From: an uncultured Aliarcobacter sp.
GTDB taxonomy: Bacteria; Campylobacterota; Campylobacteria; Campylobacterales; Arcobacteraceae
Direction: 5' to 3'
DNA length: 64,000 nucleotides
Assembly (NCBI GenBank): GCA_963664305.2
Contig: CAXXLV010000002.1
Span: 576,001-640,000 of the forward strand
Every line of letters starts with the position of its first letter. The first letter of the stretch is position 1. The notes below the pieces were generated by a model. The model saw only the letters and a program-made list of their open reading frames with translations, made no database searches and was not told where the DNA came from. Positions 52,060-60,762 of the stretch are shown here, one piece after another. Both the position numbers and the translations under genes were made by a program.

Positions 52060-54030
52060 TTATCTTTTTAGACCTATTAATGTTGTTAGAATTTCATCTG
52101 CTGTGGTAATAGATTTTGCATTTGCTTCAAAAGCTCTTTGAAATACCATCAAATTAACTAAACTCTCACTCAAATCTGCTGTACTTAATTCTAAAGTTTC
52201 ACTTTCAACTGATACACCATTATTATTATTTACTGCATAGATTGGATTTCCACTCTCTTTAGTTGCAGCTAATAGATTATTTCCTATTGACTCTAATCCT
52301 ATATTGTTTGTAAATTGAGCAATTGCAACTTGTCCGATAACAAAATCAACTCCGTCTTGAGTCATAGTTATTATTCCACTATCATCAACTGAAAATTCTC
52401 CAAAAGATGAATCAGTTAATCCTAAAGAGCTTAGATTTAATTGTAAAGAAGACAAAGAAGTTGTTTGATTTACAGTTGAAATAATTTGCATAAATTCTGC
52501 ATTAGCACCACTATTTCCACTTGCATCTTGATTTCTTTCTTTTGTATAAACAGTTCCACCATCATCAAACTCAATTACACCCGAGAATTCTTCTCCAGGA
52601 TTTTTTGCTTCAATAACTAACATTCCATTTATTGTTTTTGCTTCAACTTGAGTTTGTAAATCTGCATCTGTATTTATTTTTGAAATCAAATCTTGAATAG
52701 CACTATTGTAATCTGTAAGAGTGTTATCACTTGTTACTGTAACACCATTTAAAGTAAAAGATATTGTATCTCCAACATCGAAACTTAAAATATTTCCATT
52801 ATCATCGCTAATAATATCTGCAGCTTCATATACATCTTGTTGAGTACCAGCTACTGCATCTCTTAGTGCTTCCATTGCACTTTTAACTGCTGCTTCACCA
52901 GTTCCTTCAACAGCATTTGTTAGAGTTGTTTTTGTTCCAACTTGTTCTGTTGTTCCTGAAACTTCAGCTAAATCACCAAGTGTAAATGATGTTCCTGGAA
53001 TTATTGAATCTATTTTTATTGCACCATTTAAAACATCAACATTTGAGGTACTTGCACTATTTGTTGAATCAACTGTATAAGCTTTTAATCCAGTAATTTT
53101 TGAAATTTCATCAGCTAAAGATTTATATGTTGCTACCCTACTTGCAAGTACATTATATTCTTCATCAGTTGTTACACCAGATGTTGTAATCCCTGCTGCA
53201 TCCATTTCTGCTTTAAATGAATCTGTTGCCGTAGTAGTTACATAATTTTGTGTAATTTTATTTCCATCAACATATACGTAAATTTGATCACTTTCACTAT
53301 CTAATAAACTTGTTCCTGTATTTGGATAATCTATTAGTGTTGTTTGAGCTATTGATGTACTACTTGACTCTTCTGGATTTTCAGCATAACTTTCTAAAGC
53401 TTTATTATAATTAGTAATTAATGCTTCAATATCAGAGATTTTTGCAGATTGTGTCTTTATTCCTGAACCTGAAAGTTCAGTTGAGTCACTTTTAGCACTG
53501 GTAGTATAATCAGACATTTTTGCAGCATAAGTTTGGATTTTATTTGAAAATTGAATTACTTGATTTCCTGCAATTTCACTAAAAGCATCAGTAAAATATG
53601 TTAGATTTGAATTTGTAGAAGTAATATCAGATGATGGATCAATTGTACTAATTGCCCATCCTTGAACTTCATTTCCAGAAGCATCTTGTAAAGTTCCATT
53701 TTCTCCCATTCTAAAATTTCCAGCTCTTGTATAGTAATTTTCAGATGTTCCACTAAAGTTTTTATTTGATACAACAAAAAAACCATCTCCATCAAGTGCT
53801 AAATCATAAGATGAACCCGTTAAATTTAAACTTCCTTGTGTATATTGTTTTTCTGCATTTGTAACAGATGAACCTTTTCCTATACTGTCTTGATACATCA
53901 AATCAGCAAAAGAAACTCTTGATGCTTTATATCCAACAGTATTTACGTTTGCAATATTATTTGACTCATTATCTAAAGCTGTTTGCTGAGAAGAAAGTCC
54001 TGCAATTCCAGTCCATAATGCACTAATCAT
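52060..54030 (-). CDS. flgE: Flagellar hook protein FlgE homologue
   Basis: SNNIANVNTVGYK, DLALDGDGFF, YTRAGNF, LELSTADLSESLVNLMVFQRAFEANAKSITT. Confidence 0.92.
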   Translation of the reverse strand: MISALWTGIAGLSSQQTALDNESNNIANVNTVGYKASRVSFADLMYQDSIGKGSSVTNAEKQYTQGSLNLTGSSYDLALDGDGFFVVSNKNFSGTSENYYTRAGNFRMGENGTLQDASGNEVQGWAISTIDPSSDITSTNSNLTYFTDAFSEIAGNQVIQFSNKIQTYAAKMSDYTTSAKSDSTELSGSGIKTQSAKISDIEALITNYNKALESYAENPEESSSTSIAQTTLIDYPNTGTSLLDSESDQIYVYVDGNKITQNYVTTTATDSFKAEMDAAGITTSGVTTDEEYNVLASRVATYKSLADEISKITGLKAYTVDSTNSASTSNVDVLNGAIKIDSIIPGTSFTLGDLAEVSGTTEQVGTKTTLTNAVEGTGEAAVKSAMEALRDAVAGTQQDVYEAADIISDDNGNILSFDVGDTISFTLNGVTVTSDNTLTDYNSAIQDLISKINTDADLQTQVEAKTINGMLVIEAKNPGEEFSGVIEFDDGGTVYTKERNQDASGNSGANAEFMQIISTVNQTTSLSSLQLNLSSLGLTDSSFGEFSVDDSGIITMTQDGVDFVIGQVAIAQFTNNIGLESIGNNLLAATKESGNPIYAVNNNNGVSVESETLELSTADLSESLVNLMVFQRAFEANAKSITTADEILTTLIGLKR

Positions 54031-54069
54031 TTTTAATCCTTTATAATTAATAGTGATTCCACTTATTTA

Positions 54070-54101
54070 ATCATAAAGGTTTAGGGTAAATTTAGGGTAT
54101 C
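54070..54101 (-). promoter_or_regulatory. Direct-repeat box plus -10 (flgE promoter)
   Basis: GATAC-CCTAAA-TTTAC-10 nt-TATGAT. Confidence 0.72.
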
Positions 54102-54122
54102 TAGAAAATAAATAGTTTTAAT

Positions 54123-54155
54123 AATTTACTAACCGTTGGTAACAGTTAGTAAATT
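54123..54155 (-). terminator. Hairpin at the flgD 3' end
   Basis: AATTTACTAAC...GTTAGTAAATT inverted repeat overlapping the stop codon. Confidence 0.55.
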
Positions 54156-54898
54156 TTGGTAATATTATTGTAAGAAATAGTTTTTGCTTCAGTATCATAA
54201 GCTGTTGCCGTATCTTCTGTATATGCAAGTGCTAAGTTACTTTGTGAAATAGATGAAGAACCATTACTAACAGAAACAACTAATTGATAATTTCCACTTG
54301 TATTTTGAACTACACTTGCAGTCATTCCTGATGTTTGCGAAATTTCTGTTGCTAATTCATCATAAGTTTTATTATAAGTTGAATATGTATAGCTATTTCC
54401 ATCACTATTTGTTAACGTAATTGAGCTATCTTCATTTGTTGAATCAACAACATCTGAACCACTCGATACTTCATCAAAATAATATACATCATAATAACCA
54501 GATAATTCATAAGCAGTTAAAGTAATTTCTCCATCATTCATGGATACTGAGGAAATTCTATATTGTTTATTATTACCTTCATCATCTGTATCCCCATTTT
54601 CTACGATATTTCCAATTAATGATGCAGAACTAGAAAGTGCTGATTGTTCAAAAGTTGATTGTAAAGCTTCCATTGCTTCTACTGTAGCTGTACTTGCTTC
54701 TAAATTTGATAATTGAAGTTGAGTATCAAGCATTGTTGAAGAATCAACTGCACTTGTTGGATCTTGAAGTTTTAATTGTGTTAGCATCAATGTAATAAAA
54801 TCAGAACTTTCTAATTGATCATTACTAACTGCTGAAGTGACTGTATTACCATAAGCATCTAATGATGAGCTTGTTGTTATCGAACTTGTAGTTGACAT
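54146..54898 (-). CDS. flgD: Hook capping protein FlgD homologue with FliD-like inserted domain
   Basis: DFITLMLTQLKLQDP...D...MLDTQLQLSNLE, ASLIG. Confidence 0.9.
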   Translation of the reverse strand: MSTTSSITTSSSLDAYGNTVTSAVSNDQLESSDFITLMLTQLKLQDPTSAVDSSTMLDTQLQLSNLEASTATVEAMEALQSTFEQSALSSSASLIGNIVENGDTDDEGNNKQYRISSVSMNDGEITLTAYELSGYYDVYYFDEVSSGSDVVDSTNEDSSITLTNSDGNSYTYSTYNKTYDELATEISQTSGMTASVVQNTSGNYQLVVSVSNGSSSISQSNLALAYTEDTATAYDTEAKTISYNNITKIY

Positions 54899-54928
54899 AT
54901 TATACTCCTTAATGGTATAGAATAAAAA

Positions 54929-54981
54929 ATTCTAACTATATGGAGTAAATATAGGGTATTAAAGAGTAAATAAAAGGTAAC
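54929..54981 (-). promoter_or_regulatory. Tandem direct-repeat boxes plus -10 (flgD promoter)
   Basis: GTTAC-CTTTTA-TTTAC-5 nt-AATAC-CCTATA-TTTAC-10 nt-TAGAAT. Confidence 0.75.
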
Positions 54982-56303
54982 TAGTTATTAATATTGATAT
55001 AAAAATGATGATAACCATCAATATATTTATATTCAAGTTTATAATTATGAATTTTGATAATATTATTTGAAATATAAAGCCCAAGCCCTAAACCACTTGT
55101 TGCAGTTTCATAGTCATGATTAAATGGTTTATAATATTCTTCAATATCTTTTGTTAGTTTTTCTCCTTTGTTAATTATTTCTATTGAATTTTCTTCAATG
55201 ATGATTTTAGGTTCTTCTTCTAAACTATATCTTATTGCATTATCAATTAAATTTTTTATAGCAATAGAAAATAGTTCAAAATCTGCATTAATTTTTAAAT
55301 CAGCTTTATCTTCTATTTCAATAGAATGTTCATCTAATAACAAAATATCAAAAGATTGATCAACTAATTCAATGATATGATATTCATTTTTATTTAGAGT
55401 AATTTTGCCAGAAGTTAATTCTTCTATTTTTGCAAACTCACTTAATAAATATTCTAGTCTTTGAAAGACCCTAATTAATATATATTTTCTTTCACTATCT
55501 TCATAAAAATCTGTAATTAATTTACCTTTTGTAATAGGTGTTTTTAATTCATGCATTATGTTTCTTAAAAAAAGATTTCTTGAATCTCTCAACTCTTTTA
55601 GCTGTTTTAATGCATTTGAAAATTCTCTTGTAAGTTCAGAAATTTCATCTTTCCCATTTATTTTTGTAGTGATTTTGAAGCTTCCTTTTGATAGATTAAT
55701 CATATCTTCTTTTAAACTAAGAAGAGGTCTTAATTTTTTTCTAATAAATAGGAAAAACCAAATTAATGAAATATTAACTACACTTAAAACAACTAACCAA
55801 AAATACTTAAACTCATTCTCTTTTAATTCATCAATTAATAATATTTCATGTGGCTTAGGTCTTAATTTAAAAAAAATAGGTTCTTCAAATCTTTCAAATA
55901 GTGGTTTTTCTGGTGGAGGAGGCATTTTTCTAAAATCAGGAAATTTAGGATTAAAATGTATATATTTAACACCATTTAACATATACGTATCAATTGGAGC
56001 TTCATCATCTATTTTTATTTTTTTATAATTTGATGTTAATAAATCTTCAAAACTTTTCTCAGATAATCTCATATCAAATACTGAGATTTTATCATTTATC
56101 TCTTGTAATGATGCATTCTTCATATTTAAATCTTCTACAATTCTAACTGTTGACATATATCTTTTTACTTCTAATAAAGAGTAAGTTTTACTATCTACAA
56201 TAAATTGTATAGTTATAATAATATTAATAATTAAGAAAATAGAAAAGAAAAAAAGTTTAATTTGAAAAAATATAGAATCTTTTTTATTGATTAACCAATT
56301 TAT
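54981..56303 (-). CDS. Two-component sensor histidine kinase (HAMP-HisKA-HATPase)
   Basis: HELKTP, NLIDNA, GLGLGL; frame is open upstream of ATG 56156 through a TM helix to ATA at 56303 (start uncertain). Confidence 0.9.
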   Translation of the reverse strand: MNWLINKKDSIFFQIKLFFFSIFLIINIIITIQFIVDSKTYSLLEVKRYMSTVRIVEDLNMKNASLQEINDKISVFDMRLSEKSFEDLLTSNYKKIKIDDEAPIDTYMLNGVKYIHFNPKFPDFRKMPPPPEKPLFERFEEPIFFKLRPKPHEILLIDELKENEFKYFWLVVLSVVNISLIWFFLFIRKKLRPLLSLKEDMINLSKGSFKITTKINGKDEISELTREFSNALKQLKELRDSRNLFLRNIMHELKTPITKGKLITDFYEDSERKYILIRVFQRLEYLLSEFAKIEELTSGKITLNKNEYHIIELVDQSFDILLLDEHSIEIEDKADLKINADFELFSIAIKNLIDNAIRYSLEEEPKIIIEENSIEIINKGEKLTKDIEEYYKPFNHDYETATSGLGLGLYISNNIIKIHNYKLEYKYIDGYHHFYININN

Positions 56304-56970
56304 AACCTACTCCTCTAATTGATAATATATATTTTGGTTTTTTTGTGTCTTCTTCTATTTTTGCTCTAACTCGACCAATTAAAACATCAATACTTTTATA
56401 TGAGCTTTCATATTTTATAGAATCAACATTAGAAAGTAATTCTTCTCTTGAAACAACAAAACCACCTTTTTGAATCATATATTGAAGTATAAAATACTCA
56501 GCATTTGTTAAATCAAGAAGTTCTTCATCTTTATATATTTCCATTTTAGATTCATCAAAAGTAAATATTTGTTTTTTATTTAAAGGAGATTCTTTTTCAA
56601 TAATTTGATGATTACATCTTTTTAAAATAGATTTTATTCTAAGTATTAATTCTTGTGTATCATATGGTTTTGGCATAAAATCATCAGCTCCATAAGAAAA
56701 ACAAGCAATTTTATCACCTAAATATGACCTTGCAGAAGAAATTATAATTGGTAAATCAAATTTTTGTCTAATTATTCTACAAACTTCTATGCCATCAATA
56801 TTTGGCAATGATAAATCTAATATTACTAAATCATATTTTTTTAAAGAAAGTGCAGATATTCCAAGCTCTGGAGTATCATAATTTGTAACAATTATGTTAT
56901 ATTGGCTTAGATATTCAGTTAAAATTCTAGCTAGTTCTGTATCATCTTCAATCATTAAAATATTAATCAA
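56284..56970 (-). CDS. OmpR/PhoB-family response regulator
   Basis: IEDD, DLSLP..DG, KPY, winged helix SIDVLIGRVRAKIE...RGVGY. Confidence 0.95.
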   Translation of the reverse strand: MINILMIEDDTELARILTEYLSQYNIIVTNYDTPELGISALSLKKYDLVILDLSLPNIDGIEVCRIIRQKFDLPIIISSARSYLGDKIACFSYGADDFMPKPYDTQELILRIKSILKRCNHQIIEKESPLNKKQIFTFDESKMEIYKDEELLDLTNAEYFILQYMIQKGGFVVSREELLSNVDSIKYESSYKSIDVLIGRVRAKIEEDTKKPKYILSIRGVGYKLVNQ

Positions 56971-56996
56971 ATTTTTACTCCTTATTTACTTTTTGA

Positions 56997-57028
56997 ATTA
57001 TAGTATATCAATGTAAATAAAAAGTAAC
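56997..57028 (-). promoter_or_regulatory. Direct-repeat box plus -10 (response regulator promoter)
   Basis: GTTAC-TTTTTA-TTTAC-10 nt-TATAAT. Confidence 0.75.
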
Positions 57029-57034
57029 AATTTG

Positions 57035-59269
57035 TTAAATCAAGATTTCTCGATTTCCTTTGGCATTTACTTCTGATAAAATTCCAGTTTGTTCTAACTG
57101 TTCAACAATTGTTGCTGCTCTATTGTATCCAATTCTAAGTCTTCTTTGAATATATGAGATTGAAGTTTTTTTCTCTGTTAAAACAATCTCTTTTGCATCT
57201 TCATATAATTCATCAAGTTCAGCTAAATCTGAATTATTTGAATTTCCACCACTAGATGAAGAAACTCCTGAGTTTCTATCTTTTATAAAGTTCATATCAT
57301 AAGAAACTTCTCTTTGGTCTTTTAAAAACTCTACAACTTTTTCAATTTCAGATTCTGTCGACCAAGGCGCATGAATTCTCACTAGTCCAGACATTCCAGG
57401 AGGTGTAAATAACATATCTCCCCTTCCTAAAAGAGATTCAGCACCCATTGAATCTAAGATGATTTTAGAATCTATTTTTTGCCCTACTTTGTATGATAAT
57501 CTACTTGGTAAATTTGCTTTAATAAGTCCTGTAACAACATCAACGGATGGTCTTTGAGTTGCAACTATTAAGTGAATTCCAGAGGCTCTTGCCATTTGTG
57601 CAAGCCTTGCAATTGAATATTCAACATCTTTTCCACTTGTCATCATTAAATCTGCTAACTCATCAATTACAACAACTATATAAGGCATTGTTTCATAACC
57701 TTCATTTTTAGCTTTTTCATTGTAATTCTCAATGTTTTTTGTTTTTGTTTTTGACATTAATGTATAACGTCTTTCCATCTCACTAACCATATTTGCTAGT
57801 GCATTTATTGCATCACTTGCTTTTGTAATAACTGGAGTTAAAAGATGTGGAATATCGTTATACATTGAAAACTCAAGCATTTTTGGATCAATCATCACTA
57901 ATCTTAAATTATCTGGTGAATTTTTATAAAGTAAAGATAAAATCATTGAATTTATTCCAACTGATTTTCCTGAACCCGTTGTTCCAGCAATTAAAAGATG
58001 TGGAAGTTTTTTTAAATCTGTGATAAATGGTTTACCAACAATATCTTTTCCTAAAATCATTGTAAGTGGTGAAATAGAATTTTGGAAAATTTCACTTTCT
58101 AACATCTCTTTTAGATATATTGTTTGTGTATCTTCATTTGGAACTTCAATTCCCACAACATCTTTTCCAGGAATTGGAGCTTGAATTCTTATTGTTTGAG
58201 CTTTTAAAGCCATTGCTAAATCATCTTGAAGACTCAAAATTTTTGAAACTTTTACATTTGGTGCTGGTTTAAACTCAAAAGTTGTTACAACTGGACCTGT
58301 ATAAGTTCTTACAACATCACCTTCAATTTTAAACATTGCAAGCTTATCTAATAAATCTCCAATTTTTTGGTCAATAAAAGATTCTGAAACTTTTGATTTA
58401 TTATCTTTTGGAGGATTTTGAAAAAATGATGTTGGAGGTAATTCAAAATTTTTTGGTTTTTCTGTTTTACCTACTTCAATTTCTGCTAAAAGCTTTTTAT
58501 TTTCTTCCAACTCATCTACAATAATCCCATGAGATTCTACAACTTGAATATCTTTTTCAAAATCATCACTATCAAATAAAGAAGATTCATAAATATTTGT
58601 ATCTTTTATTTCTTCTATATTCTCATATATTTCTGGAGTTATAGTTGCAATATTTGTAGTAGTTTCCTGTTTTATCTCTTTAACTTCAGGAATAGTTTTA
58701 GTAAGTTTTTTATCTATACTCTTTAAAACCTCTTTAGTTGTCTCTTCAACTCTTTTTTCTCTTCGTTTATTTTCAATTCTTTTAATATCTAAACTATTTT
58801 TTAATTTAATTTTATTCTTTAATTTTTTTAAATCTTCAATATCAAAATCTGAATTTTCAAATAAAACTAAAAATGAGATAATAAATCCAACTAAAACAAA
58901 GAAATAAAGTCCAGCACGTCCAATCACTGGGCTTAAAGAATCAACTAAAATATTTCCAATTTCTCCTCTTGAATAAGGATTTTCAATAACTAAAGCTTGG
59001 AAAATCAAACAAACAAAAAGTAATAAAAATACAACTAATATATTTAGTATTAAATCTTTTTGGTCAATATTTTTTTTGAAATTAATCATATAAAGTGGAA
59101 AAATCAATAGTAATAAATATATATAAGATAAATATCCAAAATATTTATGAGAAAAATCAGAAAATAAATATCCAACATTTCCCACAATATCTTTTCCACT
59201 TTCAAATGTAGAAAATTGAAAATAAACAATAATAAATAAAATAATTAGGGATATAATTTTCTTAGCTAT
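57035..59269 (-). CDS. ftsK: DNA translocase FtsK
   Basis: GTTGSGKS, IDPK, DELADLMM, ATQRPS, gamma domain QRRLRIGYNRAA; frame open to ATA at 59269 (ORF track start GTG 59185). Confidence 0.96.
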   Translation of the reverse strand: MAKKIISLIILFIIVYFQFSTFESGKDIVGNVGYLFSDFSHKYFGYLSYIYLLLLIFPLYMINFKKNIDQKDLILNILVVFLLLFVCLIFQALVIENPYSRGEIGNILVDSLSPVIGRAGLYFFVLVGFIISFLVLFENSDFDIEDLKKLKNKIKLKNSLDIKRIENKRREKRVEETTKEVLKSIDKKLTKTIPEVKEIKQETTTNIATITPEIYENIEEIKDTNIYESSLFDSDDFEKDIQVVESHGIIVDELEENKKLLAEIEVGKTEKPKNFELPPTSFFQNPPKDNKSKVSESFIDQKIGDLLDKLAMFKIEGDVVRTYTGPVVTTFEFKPAPNVKVSKILSLQDDLAMALKAQTIRIQAPIPGKDVVGIEVPNEDTQTIYLKEMLESEIFQNSISPLTMILGKDIVGKPFITDLKKLPHLLIAGTTGSGKSVGINSMILSLLYKNSPDNLRLVMIDPKMLEFSMYNDIPHLLTPVITKASDAINALANMVSEMERRYTLMSKTKTKNIENYNEKAKNEGYETMPYIVVVIDELADLMMTSGKDVEYSIARLAQMARASGIHLIVATQRPSVDVVTGLIKANLPSRLSYKVGQKIDSKIILDSMGAESLLGRGDMLFTPPGMSGLVRIHAPWSTESEIEKVVEFLKDQREVSYDMNFIKDRNSGVSSSSGGNSNNSDLAELDELYEDAKEIVLTEKKTSISYIQRRLRIGYNRAATIVEQLEQTGILSEVNAKGNREILI

Positions 59270-59279
59270 GATAAAGCCT

Positions 59280-60227
59280 TTATTTTAATAAATTTGAAAT
59301 TTTTCCTTGTAATTTAAGCCATTGTCTATGCTCAAATAAAGGGAAACCTGCCCAAGATTTTTTTGGTTCAGTAATTGTTTTTGTAACACCACCACGAGCT
59401 GCAATTGTAGTAAATGGAGCTATTTCTAGATGTCCAGCTGTTGCACTTTGTCCACCCATTACAACATAAGGATGAAGAGTTGTTGAACCTGATAATCCAA
59501 CTTGAGATACTAAAATACAACCTGAACTTATTTTACAATTATGTCCAATATGAACTAGATTATCAATTCTAACACCGTTGTCAATTTTAGTTGTTTTAAA
59601 TACAGCTCTATCAATAGTACAATTTGCACCAATTTCAACATCGTTTCCAATTTCAACATTACCATTTTGATAAATTTTTATATATTTACCATCTTTAGTA
59701 TTTGCAAATCCAAAACCATCACTTCCAACAACAGTTCCTGCGTGAATAATACAATCATCACCTATTTTACAATCTCTATAAACTGTCACATTTGGGTAAA
59801 TAATAGTATTGTTTCCAATTTTTACATTATCACCAATATATGCACCAGCCATAATAGTACAATCACTTCCAATAACAGAATTTTTACCAATATAAACATT
59901 TGGCATAACTTTTGTACCACCACCAATTAATGGTTTTTCACCATCCATTTCTATAACATTTGGTGCAAAAAGTTTACTAATTTTTGCTAACATTAAATAT
60001 GGTTCATCACAAATTAAAGCAATAGTATTTTCTGGAACTTCACTTGAATTTTCAAGTGTAACTAAAACTGCTGCTGCTTTTGTATTTTTTAAATCTGATA
60101 AATATTTTTTATTTTCTAAAAAAGTAAGTTCAAACTCTGTTGAATCTGTTAATGTATTTAAACCAGTTATCTCTTTGTCACTATTTATATTTAAACCAAT
60201 ATAATTTGCAATTTCTTGAAGAGTCAT
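59280..60227 (-). CDS. lpxD: UDP-3-O-acylglucosamine N-acyltransferase
   Basis: GSDGFGF, DVEIGAN..IDR, IDNLVHIGHN, hexapeptide repeats. Confidence 0.97.
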   Translation of the reverse strand: MTLQEIANYIGLNINSDKEITGLNTLTDSTEFELTFLENKKYLSDLKNTKAAAVLVTLENSSEVPENTIALICDEPYLMLAKISKLFAPNVIEMDGEKPLIGGGTKVMPNVYIGKNSVIGSDCTIMAGAYIGDNVKIGNNTIIYPNVTVYRDCKIGDDCIIHAGTVVGSDGFGFANTKDGKYIKIYQNGNVEIGNDVEIGANCTIDRAVFKTTKIDNGVRIDNLVHIGHNCKISSGCILVSQVGLSGSTTLHPYVVMGGQSATAGHLEIAPFTTIAARGGVTKTITEPKKSWAGFPLFEHRQWLKLQGKISNLLK

Positions 60228-60264
60228 TTTTATCCTTTAATTAGGATAAGATAAGAAAAAATTC

Positions 60265-60762
60265 TTATCTTTCCATAGCTACAATACCACTTCTTACAAC
60301 TTCAAGTGGATTGAATTTTTGCATAACTTTAATAAAATTCATAATTCTTGCTGATGAATCAGTAGCACTTACGATAATTGCTTCATCTGTAACATTTTGA
60401 ATAGCTCCATGATATGCTCTTGCAATTACATCAATGTCTGATAAATTATTATCTATTGAAAATTTCATTAAAACTGTATCTTTTTCAACTACATTTTTAT
60501 GTTCATTTACTTTTAATACAGGAATTAATTTATTTAATTGTTTTACAATTTGGTCAATCACTCTTTTATCACCAGTTGTTACAATAGTCATTCTTGAATA
60601 TGGACTTTCAGCAATCGGAGCAACAGTTAATGAGTCAATATTATAACCTCTTGCTGAAAATAATCCAACAATTCTTGATAAAACATTGTGTTCATTTAAT
60701 ACAACTACAGATATTACTTGTCTTGTAGTTTCACTATCATAATAATGATTGAAGTTATTCAT
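60265..60762 (-). CDS. ilvN: Acetolactate synthase small subunit
   Basis: VLSRIVGLFSARGYNIDSL, QIVKQLNKL. Confidence 0.95.
   Translation of the reverse strand: MNNFNHYYDSETTRQVISVVVLNEHNVLSRIVGLFSARGYNIDSLTVAPIAESPYSRMTIVTTGDKRVIDQIVKQLNKLIPVLKVNEHKNVVEKDTVLMKFSIDNNLSDIDVIARAYHGAIQNVTDEAIIVSATDSSARIMNFIKVMQKFNPLEVVRSGIVAMER

Noticed and set aside
46658..57028. Module as a recently inserted mobile element
   Set aside because: No transposase, integrase or flanking direct repeats seen; base composition looks host-like.
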